Both the position numbers and the translations under genes were made by a program. A stretch of 64,000 bases of DNA from Isurus oxyrinchus. Lineage: Eukaryota. Below the pieces are notes generated by a model. The model was not told where the DNA came from. It worked only from the letters and a program-made list of their open reading frames with translations, and searched no databases. Within the stretch, counting starts at the first letter, position 1, and every line of letters starts with the position of its first letter. Shown here piece after piece: positions 47,318-61,106 of the stretch. The stretch covers positions 372,001 to 436,000 of the forward strand of contig JANJGN010000192.1 in the NCBI GenBank assembly GCA_026770705.1, read 5' to 3'.

Positions 47318-50278
47318 GAGAGTCCGTCTTGCAATTTGTTTAGAAGACATATAGAAGCAGCAAATGATTATTTGCTGAGCCAACAGTTCACTGCTTGTTT
47401 GCTTATGAATTGGCTTTGCTGAAAGAGGCAGCATTTGCTTGTTGGTAAGTGACTTGTGCATCATATAGCGGGTCCTTGATAATTTGAATGCAACAGATTA
47501 AACAAAATATCAGCTTATCGATGGCACGGAATTTCGCACCTTCAGATTTGCTTTCAGCAGAATGGTTTCAACATTGAGAAAAAAGGGGAGCGTACATTAT
47601 GTTGAGCAACTTTGTGAAGTTTGGAACTTTGAAACAGCTGTTGGAATAAATTTGTCCTTCTAGCTCTTTGGTGACCTTAAGCTTTGAGTTTGCAAATATG
47701 AGAGTTCTAATGTTCCAGCTGGTGCACGATCAGGCAATGAGGAAGAATGCTGGATTATCCACTCACTGATAGACTGAATTTGAGAATCACTTGCTCTTAA
47801 TCGAAAAAGTTGAAGGCTTGAATTGTTAGCTCATGTGTTTAGTACCTGGCGGGTATAACTCACAACTTTCAGGTTTGACCACTATACTGACCAGTGAACC
47901 TTTTCTGTCTTAAACCTCATGGTGATTGCAATGTTCAGTTAGAGTCCTGAAGTAGTTTCTGACACGCTGCAAGTGGGTTTCAACTGGGGGCATTTACCCC
48001 TGTTGGATTGCAGTTTCCATTTCTTTTGTAGTTCTTGGAAAAAAATACGCCCTTTGTTCTGACAAATCCCGGCTTATTTAAACAATTCTGTGCCACCGAT
48101 ATGTCGGTATCACGTGATGGATCATTTTCTACTGTACAGTACAAGACTTGCAAAAGAGCAGTGACAACACTGTCAGCTGTGCCCATGCCTGTCGTTCGCT
48201 GCAATATTGCAGGCAAATTCTCTCGTGCCAACTTGCAATCGCCAGCGCAACAAATCATGCTAGTTTACCTTAAAGGGATCGCCTTGAAGCCATTAACGGC
48301 CCTGTACCCGGATTGAAAACTCATTTCCAAACAACTGCACACAAATGCGCCCATTTTCTGCAATGCAATTGATAAGCACATTTTTCAAAACTCAGCTGCT
48401 GGCTGGGCTAAACACATACTTCACAGAATCATAGAATCAAATAATCAAATAATCAAATGCCCACCGAGTCTGCACCGACACGTGAAAAGCATCTGACCTA
48501 CCTACATAATCCCATTTACCAGCACCTCGCCCATAACATTGAATGTTATGCTGTGCCAAATGCTCTTCCAGGTACTTTTTAACGGATGTGAGGCAACCCG
48601 CCTCCACCATCCTCCCAGGCAGTGCTTCCAGACAGTCACCACTCTTTGGGTTAAAAAGATTTTCCTCACATCCCCTCTAAACTTGCTGCGCCAACACTTG
48701 AACGTATGACCCCTTATGACTGACCCTTCAACTAAGGGGTACAGCTGCTCCCTACCCAGCCTGTCCATGCCCCTCATAATCTTATACACCTCGATCAGGT
48801 AGCCCCTCAGTCTTCTCTGCTCAGAGGAAAACAACCCAGGTTCTTTCAACCTCTCTTCATAACTTTAATATTTCATCCCAGGCAACATCCTGGTGAATCT
48901 CCTCTGCAACACCTCCAGTGCAATAACATCCTTCCTATAATGTGGCGACCAGAACTGCACACAGTACTCCACTTTTTGCCTCACCAATGTTCTATTCAAC
49001 ACATACATGACCACCCTACTTTTGTCATCTATACATCGTTTGATAATGTCAAGTGTCCCATAAGCCATTTTCACCACCTCACTAACATGTCGCTCTGCCT
49101 TCAGAGATCTATGGACACACACGCCAAGTTGCCTTTGTTCCTCTGAAGTTACTGGTTCCTTGCCATTCATTGAATACTTCCTTGTCAGAATACTCCTTCC
49201 AAAGTGTATCACCTCACACTTTTCAGGGTTAAATACCATCTGCCACTTCTCTGCCCTTTCGAAGATCCCATCTATATCTTCCTGTAGCCATAGACACTCA
49301 AACTCACTGTCAACCACCTGACCAATCTTTGTGTCATCTGCAAAACCTACTAAACCTACCCCCCCACATAGTTATCTATGTCGTTTATATAAATGACAAA
49401 TAATAGGGAACCAAGCACAGATCCCTGTGGTACGCCTCTGGACACCGGCTTCCAGTTACGAAAAGATCCTTCTGTCATCACACTCTGCCTCATACAACTA
49501 AGCCAATTTTGAATCCACCTTTGAATCCATCAAATTACCCTGCTTCCCATGTATATTTGCCTTTGTTATAAGTCTCCCATGTGGAACCTTGTCAAAGGCT
49601 TTGCTGAAATACCTACAAACTACATCAAATGCACTGCTCTCATCTAGACACCTGGTTAGCTCCTTTAAAAATTTAATCAAATTTGTTAGGCATGACCTCC
49701 CTCTAACAAAGCCATTCTGACTATACCTGATCAAACCTTGCCTCTCTATATGGAGTTAGATACTCTCCTTCAGAGCATTTCCAATAGTTTCCCTACCAGT
49801 GACGTAAGATTCCCTGGCCTGTAGTTCCCTGGCTTAACTCTACAGCCCTTCTTAAATAGCGGAGCCACATTAACTATACCCCAGTCCTTTTACACATTCC
49901 CCCGTGGCCAGAGAGGAATTAAAAATGTGGGTCAGAGCCCCTGCGATCTTCTCCCTTGCCTCCCTCAGCATTCTGGGACACAAATCATCCGGACCGGCAG
50001 ATTTGTTCACTTTTAAGCATGCCAATACCTCCAATATCTTGACACACCCTATATCAATTTGTTTAAGCACCTGGCAGTCACTCACCCCGAGTGCCATACC
50101 TTCATCCTCATTCTCTTGGGAGAAGACGGACGTAAAGTATACATTCAACACTCTAGGGATGTCCTCAGGCTCCGCCCTTGTTCCCTTATGGACCCTAATC
50201 TTTCCCTTGTTATGCTCTTCCCATTGATATAATTGTTGCTTCTATATATCTTTTTGAAAAGCTGCACAACGGACTCCC
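47318..50278. mobile_element. Unclassified ~1.1 kb element with degenerate terminal inverted repeats (47318-48420 plus 50232-50278), interrupted by a CR1
   Basis: Left end gagagtccgtcttgcaatttgtttagaagacatatagaagcagcaaatg is the approximate reverse complement of ttgttgcttctatatatctttttgaaaagctgcacaacggactccc (50233-50278); paralogous copy at ~51020-53490. Confidence 0.55.
48425..50225 (-). mobile_element. CR1-type LINE, ~1.8 kb, RT domain to 3' end
   Basis: KSAGPDDLCPRMLREA; SQNGFVRGRSCLTNLI; FSKAFDKVPHGRL; WQMVFNPEKCEVIHFG; YCVQFWSPHYRKDV; agaatcatagaatc 3' repeat. Confidence 0.93.
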
Positions 50279-51064
50279 AAGGTTTTGCTAATTACTTTCA
50301 ATCAAGACGGGAATGATACAAACTATTTCACCGCATAACGTATACATCATTGCTGAGGTAAATTTATGGGACACTTTTTTTTATGTGGCTGAGAAGCCAA
50401 TGCTTTCCTGTATAAGTTTTTCCAGTTCCAATCTATCTCCCGTCTACTCGTAATGAGGGTACCCAGCACAGCATAAATGCAAGACTAAAAATTAGTGAGC
50501 TCCCCCTGTCGTGTATTGCCGCTGCAATATGACTGTTACCAAAGTAAATACATCAATCATAAGGACAGTTGGCCTGTTCCCTGTTCTGCCATTTACTGGA
50601 TTCTAAACTTGCCCTAAACACCCAAAGCCATTGAAACAGAGCCAGTAGGAAATATATTTAAGTTCCGTGCCCTTGCCCCTGTGCTGAATTATACTAGCAA
50701 AATGAAATTATACAGGCATTGTTTCATTTCCCGCTGAACCCCGAGTCATGAGTTTGCATTTAGTAACCACCTTACTCCTCATTCACATTTCAGTTCAAAA
50801 TGTTGAACTGCAACAAACTTGCAACACGGCAACATTTCAAAGCTATTGTCACTTCAATGTTTCAATTGCTTTCACACTTTACATTAAACAATCCTTCTCA
50901 AGGCAATTCTCGATGAGCACCTTATACTTTTCATGGGAGACATACCAAATCCCATGTTAGAAATATAAAAAGCGAGATTGCATAAGAATTTATGGCGATT
51001 TTTTTTCAGTTTGAGATTTGCTTGGGACATCAGCCTAATGATGGCAAAACATTTTGAACCTTGA

Positions 51065-51395
51065 TGGGAACCTACCCAATTGCCTGAATGAGTGCAGTTC
51101 CTAAACAGTAAAGAAGCTTGTCACTTTTCAGGAGAAAGCTGCTCGCTTGATACACATCACAACCAAAAACATTCACTTCCTCCAACATCAACTCACAGTA
51201 GCGGAAATATATGTTATTTATCAGATGTAATGCAGGAATTCACTAAGTCTCCTCTGGTAGCAACATCCACAAGCGCACGGCCACCACTTTTAGAAGGGCG
51301 AGGGCAGGCGAGAGATGGGAAGCCCAGCACCAAGAAGTTCTCCTCTAAGGCGCTCACTGCACTGACTTGGAAATATACCGCCATCCCTTCACTGT
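51065..51395 (+). mobile_element. LINE (CR1/L2 group) fragment
   Basis: ORF 51092-51436 is a close paralogue of minus-strand ORF 51637-52017. Confidence 0.75.
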
Positions 51396-51539
51396 CAGCA
51401 GAATATATTCAACATTGTGAAAACGAAGGCGGCTGATGCTGCTGAGCAGTTTTGTGAAGATCAAAACAATCAGACAGCTCTGGGGAGAAAATATTTCCTT
51501 CCAGCTCGCTACTAACCTGAAGCTTTGAGTTTACGATAT

Positions 51540-52712
51540 TTTTTATTCATTCACGGGATGTAGGTTTCACTGGTTTGTCCAGCATGTATCGCCCCTCCCT
51601 AGTTTCCCTTGAAACGGTGGTTGTGAGCTGCCTTCTTTAACCGCTGCAGTTAATGTGGTGTGGGTACATCGACAGTGCTTCAAGAAGGGAGCTCCTGGAT
51701 GCTAACCCAGTGACAGTGAAGGGACGGCAGTTTATTTCCAAGTCAGAGTGGTGAGTGGCTTGGAGGGGAAATTCTTGGTGGTGGCCTTCCCATCTCTCGG
51801 CTGCCCTCATCTTTCTAACTGGTAGTGGCCGTGCACTTGCGGAAGCTGCTACCAAAGGAGACTCAGTGAATTCTTGCATTACATCTGACAAATAATATAC
51901 ATTGCTGCTACTGTGAGTTGATGGTGGAGGGAGTGAATGTTTTTGGATGTGGTGTTGATCAAGCGGGCTGCTTTGTCCTGGAAAGTGACAAGCTTCTTTA
52001 CTGTTTGGGAACTGCACTCATTCAGGCAATTGAGTACGTTCCCATCACACTCCTTGCTTGTGCCTTGTAGATGGTGGACAGGCTTTCGGGAATCAGGAGG
52101 TGAGTTACTCATCACAGGATTCCTAGCCTCTGACCTGCTCTCGTAGCCACAGTACTTATATGGCTAATCCAGATCAGTTTCTGGACAATGGGAACAGCTA
52201 GAGTGTTGATAATGGGGGATGCAGTGAAGGTATTGATACTGAATACCAATCAGTGATGGTTGGGTTCTATCTTATTCCATATGGTCATTGTTTGGCACGT
52301 GTGTGGCACAGGTGCTACTAGCCACTTTTTACGCCAATCCTAGACATTGTCCAGGACTTTTGCATTTGGACGTGGACTGCGGGAGTATTTGAGGAGTCAT
52401 GATTGGTGCTGGACATTGTACAATCATCAGTGAACATTCCCAGTCCTGGCCATATGATGGGAAGAAGGTCATTGATGAAGCATCTGAAGATAGTTGTGTC
52501 GAAGACCCTAACCTGAGGAACTTCTGCAGTTCTGTCTGGGTGCTCAGGTGATTGATCACCAACAACAACAGCCATCTTCCTCTATGCTAGGTACCACTCC
52601 AACCAGCGGAGAGCTCTCTGTAGATTCACAATGAATTCAGTTTTGCCAGGGATCCTTGATGCCATACTCGGTCAAACGCTGCCTTGATGTCAAGGGCAAT
52701 CACTCTCTCGTC
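51540..52712 (-). mobile_element. LINE (CR1/L2 group), RT to 3' end
   Basis: EVPQVRVFDTTIFRCFINDLLPII...GMFTDDCT; QDKAARLI...IHSLHHQLTVAA; 3' end cctacatcccgtgaatgaataaaaaa. Confidence 0.85.
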
Positions 52713-54897
52713 ACTATATTATCTACCTAATACGATATTTCCGATGTTCCCGTTGGTGCACGATCTGTCAGCAAGACAAAATGCTGTGATCCCCCCTCTA
52801 CTGCTGGTCAGAATTTGAATTCACTTGATCAGACGAGGGATATATGGAAACAGTCGCTGTTTAGCTTAGATGTGGTATTAGATGATTGATATTAATAACG
52901 TCAAAATCGTGGGTTCCATACCCTGCTGGGCAATGTTGTCTTGAATCAAGCTTCTGTTTTCCGTCAGACCCCATGCATGTTTGCCGTCATCCTGCAAAAC
53001 AAATTGGAAAGCGGCACTTGCTCTTGGAGCAGCGAAGCTTTTCTCCATTCTTGGAAATTCCTGCCTTTTGATGTGACAGATCCGTTCTTTTAACACCTCT
53101 GTGCCACAAATCTGTGGGTAACATGCAATCAAACTATTGCAACTTAACAGAGGAACAGTTGCAAACGAGCAGTGATATCCCTCTGAAATCTGTCCATGCC
53201 TGCCGTTTGCTGCAATGCTGCAGGTAAATTCACTCGAGCTGACTTGCAACCGCCAGTGCAACTAATCCTACAACCGTACCTTAAAGGGATAGCAATTAAG
53301 CTATCAACGGCCCTATACACGAATTCGTAACTCTTTTCACAACAACTCCACGCGATTGATGCCTCTTTCAGTAATGCTGCTGATTCGTAAGTAAATTTCC
53401 TTAAATGCCGCCAGCTGCTGGCTAGGCCAAAACAAAACATTTGATGCTTCGAGATGTCTTCCTAAAAAAGCTGCACAATGTGAGCTTCACTGTTGAGCTA
53501 CTTGTAAGCGACGCATAATCTGAGTTGTTGAAAAGACAATCCCTTCCCCTATGCCTTTTTTAAATCAATCTCTCCTAAGCTGTCACCTACCCCTGACCTT
53601 ATATCTTGTTGTACCTGCATCTCTCCCTTCAAAGCAGTATAAAATCCATCACAATGATATTCGTGTACATGCTTTGTCTATAAATTGATATGTAACAATA
53701 AGGCTAGCGAATGCAGTCTCAGTGAGCTGGTCAAAGGAGGAAAGATATTTCAGATAGATTTTGTTTTAATGGTTTGCAAGGCTATAACATTGTGCAGGAT
53801 GAGAATTGAAAATTTACCGTGGTGTTGCGGACCATGATGAGAGGTGTGTGGATTTAAATCTAGCAACACTTCTCCACGGGTGGCTACAATCCTTTAACTG
53901 TTTAAATAACTCACCAAATAGTCATCTATTTACATTTCATACGGTTATGCCCAAGTATAAAAATATTTAACCAGTCTTCTTTCAAGTAAAACAAAATAAT
54001 CGATTTATTAGTAAACAAACATATGTTTTTATAAAAAAAAACAAGTTGCAAAACCGGTTCAAAAACACTTTGCAATTTGCAAGTGTAATGATTTCAACCC
54101 CTTTAAAAGAAATAGGTACCCCACACCCGTACACTCACACACAAACACAAACACAAAACAAATATCATCTCTGCAGGGGCTGGAGGATGGGAGAGTTTTC
54201 TTTTAAAGGATGAAGTTAGAAATGTCCTCGACACTGTTGACCTAACAGAACTTTGGTCACTATAGTTCTGGAAGTGTTTTCAGACGGATCTATTTTGAAA
54301 CACTGTCTTTGATAATTCTTGTTTGTCACAACTTGGTAGACTATTTAAAAAATCCAGATGAGTAATTCTGAGGAGAATTTTCAGGTTGAAGTTTAACTCA
54401 CTTGCACTGTAGGCAATTCTGCGTAGAGAGAGAGAGAGGGGAGGGGGAGAGGGCGACAGACTCCCTTTGCAGCCTGCTCTCAAGGCCATCACAAACTCAC
54501 TGACTCTGAGTTCAAAATAATAAATTGTTCGTACGTCTTCCAGGCCGGGTGTTGTCAATCAATCAGCAAGAACCTCACACCCTGCAAGAGGCGCTCTTCT
54601 TTAACTCTGCTAAACAAAAAACTCCTCTCTCCACGTGTCCCCGCTCGACATCTAGCTGTTGATCTGTGGTTTCCGCAAATATAACGGCATAAGCAAAGGT
54701 CGGAATTAAACTTGCAGAGTTGTTAAAAAACATCAGGAGGATGAGTAACCAAAATTCATTGTTTTTCGAACTTTCCAATTAGCGTGTTCCTCACAAAGGT
54801 CACATTTATTATCGAATATTCCGGATTGCAATAATTATAAAGTGACAGCATGGAATGAAATTTGAAAAGGGACTGCTTTGCAATGCTAGGAATTCAG

Positions 54898-55828
54898 CTA
54901 TTGTTGAGATTCGTTTTCATATTGCCGTTCAAATAATGTAGCAATTAGAATAAATGGATATTTAAGCCCATTCTTTAACTCCTCTCTAAATTTACTCAGG
55001 GTGAGTGCATAAATGCAGGTGTAAGTGCACGAGCTCAGAAGCTGTAGTATGAATCCAAGTTGTTGGTACAATAGGTTGGATTACGAAAATATTTGTTCGT
55101 AAAATTGTAGTTTACAACTTGCCAATTTAACGAATGTGCACCAGATGTAATCCACAGCAGGATAAAATTGGCAGACAAAGCAAAGAGTAAAATGATGGAT
55201 TTCATTCGGTTCTCCAATTCTGGGTCACTATCGTTCTCTGATCTGCCTTGGCGTCGGAGGCCCTTCCGGAGCCGATTGACAATTATAATTTTCCTGATAG
55301 TCATAGAGTTGAACGCCAAAATCAGGATAAATGGAAACAACGGTATTAATATGCTGTCAATCATCTCACACGCTATCCAAAAGGATGAGGTATAAAACTC
55401 TTGTGTTTCAATGCAAAACCATGGCATATTGTGGATAATTATGAAAGGAACAAAGGCAAAGTACCAGGGAATGGATCTCACACAGCTGACAACGCTCACA
55501 GTCCCTATAACCACAGTTGCCGTTCTCCTGCAGCAATATTTTGCTTTTAGTTTCTGACAGGAACTGGCTACAGTTCGACCAAAGCTAAAAGCGACTGTGA
55601 ACCACACGGAACAGTGCAGCGCCGCAAGAGCCAAAACTATTTTCAGTTTACACACTGGAGTGATGAATAAAAAAATAATTAGGAAATGGATGTTATTAAT
55701 CCGATTCAGTATAACATCAATTTTGATGAGCAGCAGATCTGCTGTTATCATGGCCATTAGGTACCGAGTGATACATTTGGAAAGGCCGCAATTCCCTTGT
55801 TTCAGGATCACAATCACCACAAATTTGA
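54898..55828 (-). pseudogene. Exon 2 of a second GPR139/GPR142-like GPCR, probable pseudogene
   Basis: GNCGLSKCITRYLMAM...HCSVWFTVAFSFGRTVA...PFILILAFN...DPELENRMKSIILLFALSANF. Frameshift near 55070: TM7/C-terminus QQLGFILQLLSSCTYTCIYALTLSKFREELKNGLKYPF...ESQQ* lies in another frame, stop at 54898-54900. Acceptor reads CGG rather than CAG (55831-55829). Confidence 0.85.
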
Positions 55829-56424
55829 CCGCAGGAATTCGGATTAAACAACAAGTTCCTATTAGGCAAATTTCAGAGAAACATGGTATCAGTTAAAAGG
55901 ATATACCGTAAAAGTTATGATTATGTATCAATTACAACAAATCTATTGTCATTCCACAGAACAATACAATGCTGCTTTAGGGTGTCATTATATAACAGGT
56001 ATAAAAATTCAATGAAATAAATGGAACAAAATTTCCATGAGTAACAAATGTTAATAATGAATAGAGAGATTGTAGAAAATAAATAAAGAACAACAAGGGT
56101 CGGTAATGAAATTGAAGATTTTGGTTGGTCCTGTTATAATTATATTTAGGATCCACAAGCTCAATATTGTGCTTTCAAATCTCAAGTTGTAAAACTAAGT
56201 TAAATGAAGCTGCTATTGTCTGGAGTGGCACTAGACATAATATTGGAATCTGAAACCGAGACCTAAAACAAAAATTCTGTTTCAGTGTGTCCTGAGGTCA
56301 AGGAACCAATGCCCTTATGGACCAGCACCCTCAAACATATTATCAGGGTAAATTATGGCTAATCGAAATTCAATGGACTGCTATTAGAACTGGGAGAAAT
56401 CAAAACAAACATAACATAAGGAAT

Positions 56425-56985
56425 AGAGTCATGGAGTCATAGCTGTCCACAGCACAGAAAAAATGCACTTTGACCCATCGAGCCTGCTCCGGTCACATAA
56501 GTTCCTGGATATTCTAACCCCATTTTCCAGCACTAGGCCCATAGCCTTGTATGCCATGTCATCGCAAGTGCACATCCAAATACTCCTCAAATGTTAGGAG
56601 CGTTGTTGCCTCTATCACCATTTCAGGCAGTGAGTTCCAGATTCACCCTCTGGTGAACAAATATTTCTGCACATGCTCCTTACCTTAAATCTATACCCCC
56701 CTGGATATTGATCCCTCCAGCAAGGGGAAACTTTCCTTCCTGCCTACACTATCTATGTCCTCATAACTTTATACACCTAAAAAATGTACCCGCTCTATCT
56801 GCTCTGTTCCAGCGATAATAACCCCAGTCTATTCAATCTCTCATCATTACTAAAACTCTCCAGCACAGGCAAAATCTTGTTGAATGTCCTCTGCAGTCTC
56901 TCTAGTAAAATAGCTTCCTTACTATAACGTGGATTCCAGATCTGCACGCAGCACACTAGCTGTGGCCTAACCATCCTTTTATACA
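56425..56985 (-). mobile_element. CR1-type LINE 3' fragment
   Basis: Collinear with 48425-48990 (ccattttccagcac, ggcagtgagttccag, ctcataactttatacacct, ccagatctgcac). Confidence 0.75.
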
Positions 56986-57929
56986 GAGATGGAGTAATCC
57001 ATATGGCCTATTGAGGCTGCTTCACAATGCAGTATTACCATGGTTGATCTAATTATGGCTTTAACTCTGCTTTCCTCATTGACCCTGATAATACACGACC
57101 CCCTTTACAAACGATAATGTGTGTAACTCAGCCTTGAATATATTCAATGACCAAGTATTCACTTCTCTCCGGAGAAAGATATTTCCAAGGACTAGCGACC
57201 CCCTGGCAGAATTTATTCTTCCTCAAGTTACAGTCACAACCAGTTTAAGCAAATACAGGGACACAAAAATGAGTGCTGGCGAACAACAGGAGGAAGTGTA
57301 GGGTAGATTAGTTGACGGACAGAATGAAGTTGCAAATAAAAAGCAAAGCTTAATGGTACAAAGAAATAAATAAAAGGTGGGCCTACAGTTTGTGTAATTG
57401 GAAAAGACAGTATCACGAGCAACTGCTCCTTTACCTTGATCATCATCCCTATCATCATTCATCCACTCATTCCTTTCAGTCTATCACAAACATGCCCCAT
57501 TGATCTTTCCTACCTCTCCCATTTTCTTTTTTTGTCCATTGCTCGTGGAATGCCAGGAGAAAATTGGAAGTAGGAAAGGATACAGGGTATGGGAAGGAGA
57601 GGTGTTAATGAGCAGCGTTAATGTTAGATAGCAGGGTGATGATGCTTTATAACAGATACAGTAGTATGGAGTTTATATTATGGGACTAGTCTAAGCTTGA
57701 ATGTTTGTTTCCCATCATGAATTTAATTTAAAAATAACTAATTTTCTCATTATCGAAGCTCATGTCATTAACGGGTCAGCATCAATGTGAATCGGAATGT
57801 GGCTGTGAATCAGAAAACTGAAAATATTACTAATTTGTTTCATTCCACTCAATGGGGTTGCACACGCGTCTCACCGGGTATCAAAAAAACCTCACCTTGT
57901 TGATATAAACTAATGAGCTGAATTTCGAT

Positions 57930-58730
57930 ATGAAGATAATACTTCGAATATTTAGTAATGAGACAAGCCGTGAAATTGTAGAAAATTACGAAGAGAAGCT
58001 CTTATTGAGGAGACAAACTGAGAGGTGAAAGGTGCAAAAACATGACAGGTCAAAGTTAATTTGGATAAATGTGTGCTTCAGCCTGGAAGAAAAACATATA
58101 TATGATAGGCTGTACTAACTTCATGGTGAAAATGAAAAACAGCTGGATGGATCCCTGTAGTGAACTAACAAATCAGTGATGATGGCAGGTGAGAAAAATG
58201 AGAAAGCCGCTAACAAGAAATAATAATGGTAAATAGAGGCACAGAGAAGAATGTGTAAGCCACGTGAAACATTAATGAAGAACTTCACCAGGACTGATGG
58301 ACTTCAGTTATCTGGAAAGTATGGAGATGCACGAATTATTCCTCTTTGAGCGGGAAATCTAAAAATAATTACATAATAGTGGTGTTCAAGTACCTTAAGT
58401 GCTTTGCTATTAAAGTTAGTTAGAAGCGCTGCCCATTGGCATGTGTCGGTAACCAGAAGACATGGATTTATGATAATTGACAAAATAAATAACCAGCGAG
58501 GACACGCAGGCTTTTTTTCCATTTACACAACATGTTGATTTGGTCTGAAATACTTATTTAAATTAATGGAGAAAGCAAATTATTTCGTAACTTTCAGAAA
58601 TGAACTGACTCAACTTAAAAACAAAGAATTTTTAGGCTACTGCGAAAGAGCAGCAGCGCGAGACTATTTAACATCTTTAACAAATATATTCGACTGATGA
58701 AGAAAATGGCTTATTTCCATGCCATATGAT
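57930..58730 (+). mobile_element. Highly decayed CR1-type LINE fragment
   Basis: Residual motifs aagttaatttggataaatgtg, ttcaccaggactgatggacttcagttat, gtaaccagaagacatggattta. Confidence 0.45.
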
Positions 58731-59184
58731 TTAATTAATTAAATATCTTCGAGCAGTAAAATTGACCACCTAGACTTTGAATATCGTAAATACCTAAATG
58801 ATGCGTTATTGCCCTTGAGGTAAGGAAATAAAACTTTACTCTCTAAGCTACCATCTGAAGTTGTCCAGCAATCCATTCAACTGTAACTAAAGAGAAGAAG
58901 CAGCAATGTGGAATCACATTGACCTCGCGGACTGTAACCTTTAAAGATGGAGCGTCACAAGGTCTAGGAAATAAATATCAGTTCTGCCAGTGACGCGCAT
59001 ATCCCAAAATCGAATAAAATCAGGATTTTTTTTCAAATTACCAATTTGTTTCTCGTTCTGCAAATACGATACAAATTACGAAAGTTGTGTTTGGGAAGGT
59101 GTATATTTTAAATAGCCACGCATCCTGCTTACTATATTAAGCATTCATTTAGACCTGCATTTGAAAAGAAAGCGCAGGACACAC

Positions 59185-59602
59185 TTACGTAATCGCTTTC
59201 ACGAACATAGGACGGCACAAAGTTACTCAGAGCTAATTAAATTCTTCTGAAACACTGCCACTGTCATATTTTCAGAAGCGCAGCGACAGTCAATTTGCGC
59301 TGAACAAACTCTCACAAACACCAGTGTTAAAAGCTTAGAGAATCTGCTATCTGTGGCATTTATTGCAGGGTCAGTATTGGCGAGGTTATGTGGGATCATT
59401 CGCCCTGTTTATTGGGTATTGCTATGAAATTCTGAAAACCCAATTCAGAGTACACAGGGAACTCCATTTGCCGACTCATCCGAAAGGCAATGTAACGCTC
59501 CCTCAATACTTAAATGTCGGCCGTTATTTTTGTACCCAAACCCTGGGGTCCGACTTGAACACATAACGTTCTGACACAAAGGCGAGAAGGCTACCAAGTT
59601 AG
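59185..59602 (-). mobile_element. tRNA-derived Deu-domain SINE (SacSINE1/AmnSINE-like), decayed
   Basis: Minus-strand head ttggtagccttctcgcctttgtgtcagaacgttatgtgttcaagtc (A/B-box-like), then tttcggatgag and tgtttgtgagagtttgttcagcgcaaattgactg (Deu-like). Related gtgcacagcaagatcccacaaa fragments at ~9079 and ~10419. Confidence 0.6.
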
Positions 59603-61036
59603 ATATATTCGATCACAATATTTGCAACATTAAATAGTTTTTGTAATTAATTAAATTCGGATAATAATTCAAAATGTCTATGGCGCTCAGCATAGGATTT
59701 AAGATGTGGTGTCTAGTGTCAATTCTGGTATTGAAGTGGTGAGAAAACTTTCAAGGTGCATATTTCTCCAGATGCGACTAAGGCGCTGAAGTAAGAAATA
59801 CTTGTTGCAGACATCATTCAGAATGGCTTTGTCCTCGAGCGAACTACTAATTTCACTTGAGAGCTAAACGATGGAGGGATGAAATAAGCGGGAGATTTCT
59901 ATCTCAGACGTTAGCTACAATTCTCGAGCATTGGGTTATAAACAACTTATTGCGGATCTTACCTTAATTTGTTGCCATTAAAATACATGTTCAGTGATTA
60001 TGTTCAGTATCTTGCACGGTTCTGAACGTATTTTCTATCCTATTGCTCGTATAAAGAGTGCATAATATGTAAAATTGATTAACTTTATTTAATTAATTTG
60101 CTATTGGCTTGCCTTATCTGTATTTCAACAAGGAATATATATATATATTTAATGCTGCGTTAAACAGTGACCGGTGGAAAGTCGACAATAGCGCAAAATG
60201 AGTGAATCGTGTCAGTCGCCCTTTGCGAGCAATGCTGGGTATTTGATTACATTGACAGTAATGGCCCTAAACATCGGATGCTGAGTGTGAAAGTCAGTTG
60301 ATCCAACACCAACACGTGTGCATTGATATCTGAAATGGATTTCTATCGCTCAGAGTTTAAAACGACAGTACATACTTAAAGAAGATATGGAGTGTACAAT
60401 TTCATCGGAAATAATGAAACATCTCGTGATGTATGAGTAAAGTTAGAAAGGTTAACATGATGGTTCTCAGATTTAAGTTAATATTGAAATTTCATTAGAA
60501 TTATTGTTACACTGTAGAAGGACACCATATTGTATTGTATTATTTTCCTTCTCATTGCCCAACGAAATCAATCAATCAAATGAAAGGTCACTCCAACACA
60601 CCTGCTGGCAAACCAAATTAAATGTTTATTTATCGCATTCAAAACATAAATTCAAAAAATCCAAACATAGAAAGTTCATTGGCCTAGATTGAATAAACCA
60701 CTTACAAGAATATGAGAATTAATAATGGCACTTAACCATGAATCTACATTAAAATTCTGATTGTAGTATTTGTACTGGAAATTAGACTGTACAAAAGTCA
60801 ATACAGGGGAATATTCCAGCAACATTAACTGCATCGAGCACTGAAGAAAGCCAAGAGTGTATCTAAGCAACCCTCCCACAGCAAACAGGAAAACTACACT
60901 TGGTTGAGCTAGTAATATCAATTTGTGACTTCATAACACACGATGCAATCTGAGTATGTTCCTGTACAAGGCAGGTAGCAAGAAAAGTAACAGATCAACA
61001 TTGCTTACAACATTAATTCAGGATCGAAAGGCTTAC

Positions 61037-61106
61037 CAGTAACGCCCATAGCTGTAAGAACAGGGTAGAATATGCTTTCTATTTGCAAGATTGATGGATA
61101 TCCCAT
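61037..61106 (-). CDS. Exon 1 of the minus-strand GPR139-like gene
   Basis: ATG GGA TAT CCA...GGC GTT ACT G|GTAAGC gives MGYPSILQIESIFYPVLTAMGVT (first half of TM1); acaATGg Kozak-like start; phase-1 donor matches the phase of exon 2. Confidence 0.85.

Noticed and set aside
53823-54849. Possible solo LTR (TG...CA, reverse polyA signal near 54005)
   Set aside because: No second copy, PBS, PPT or clear target-site duplication seen; too weak to call
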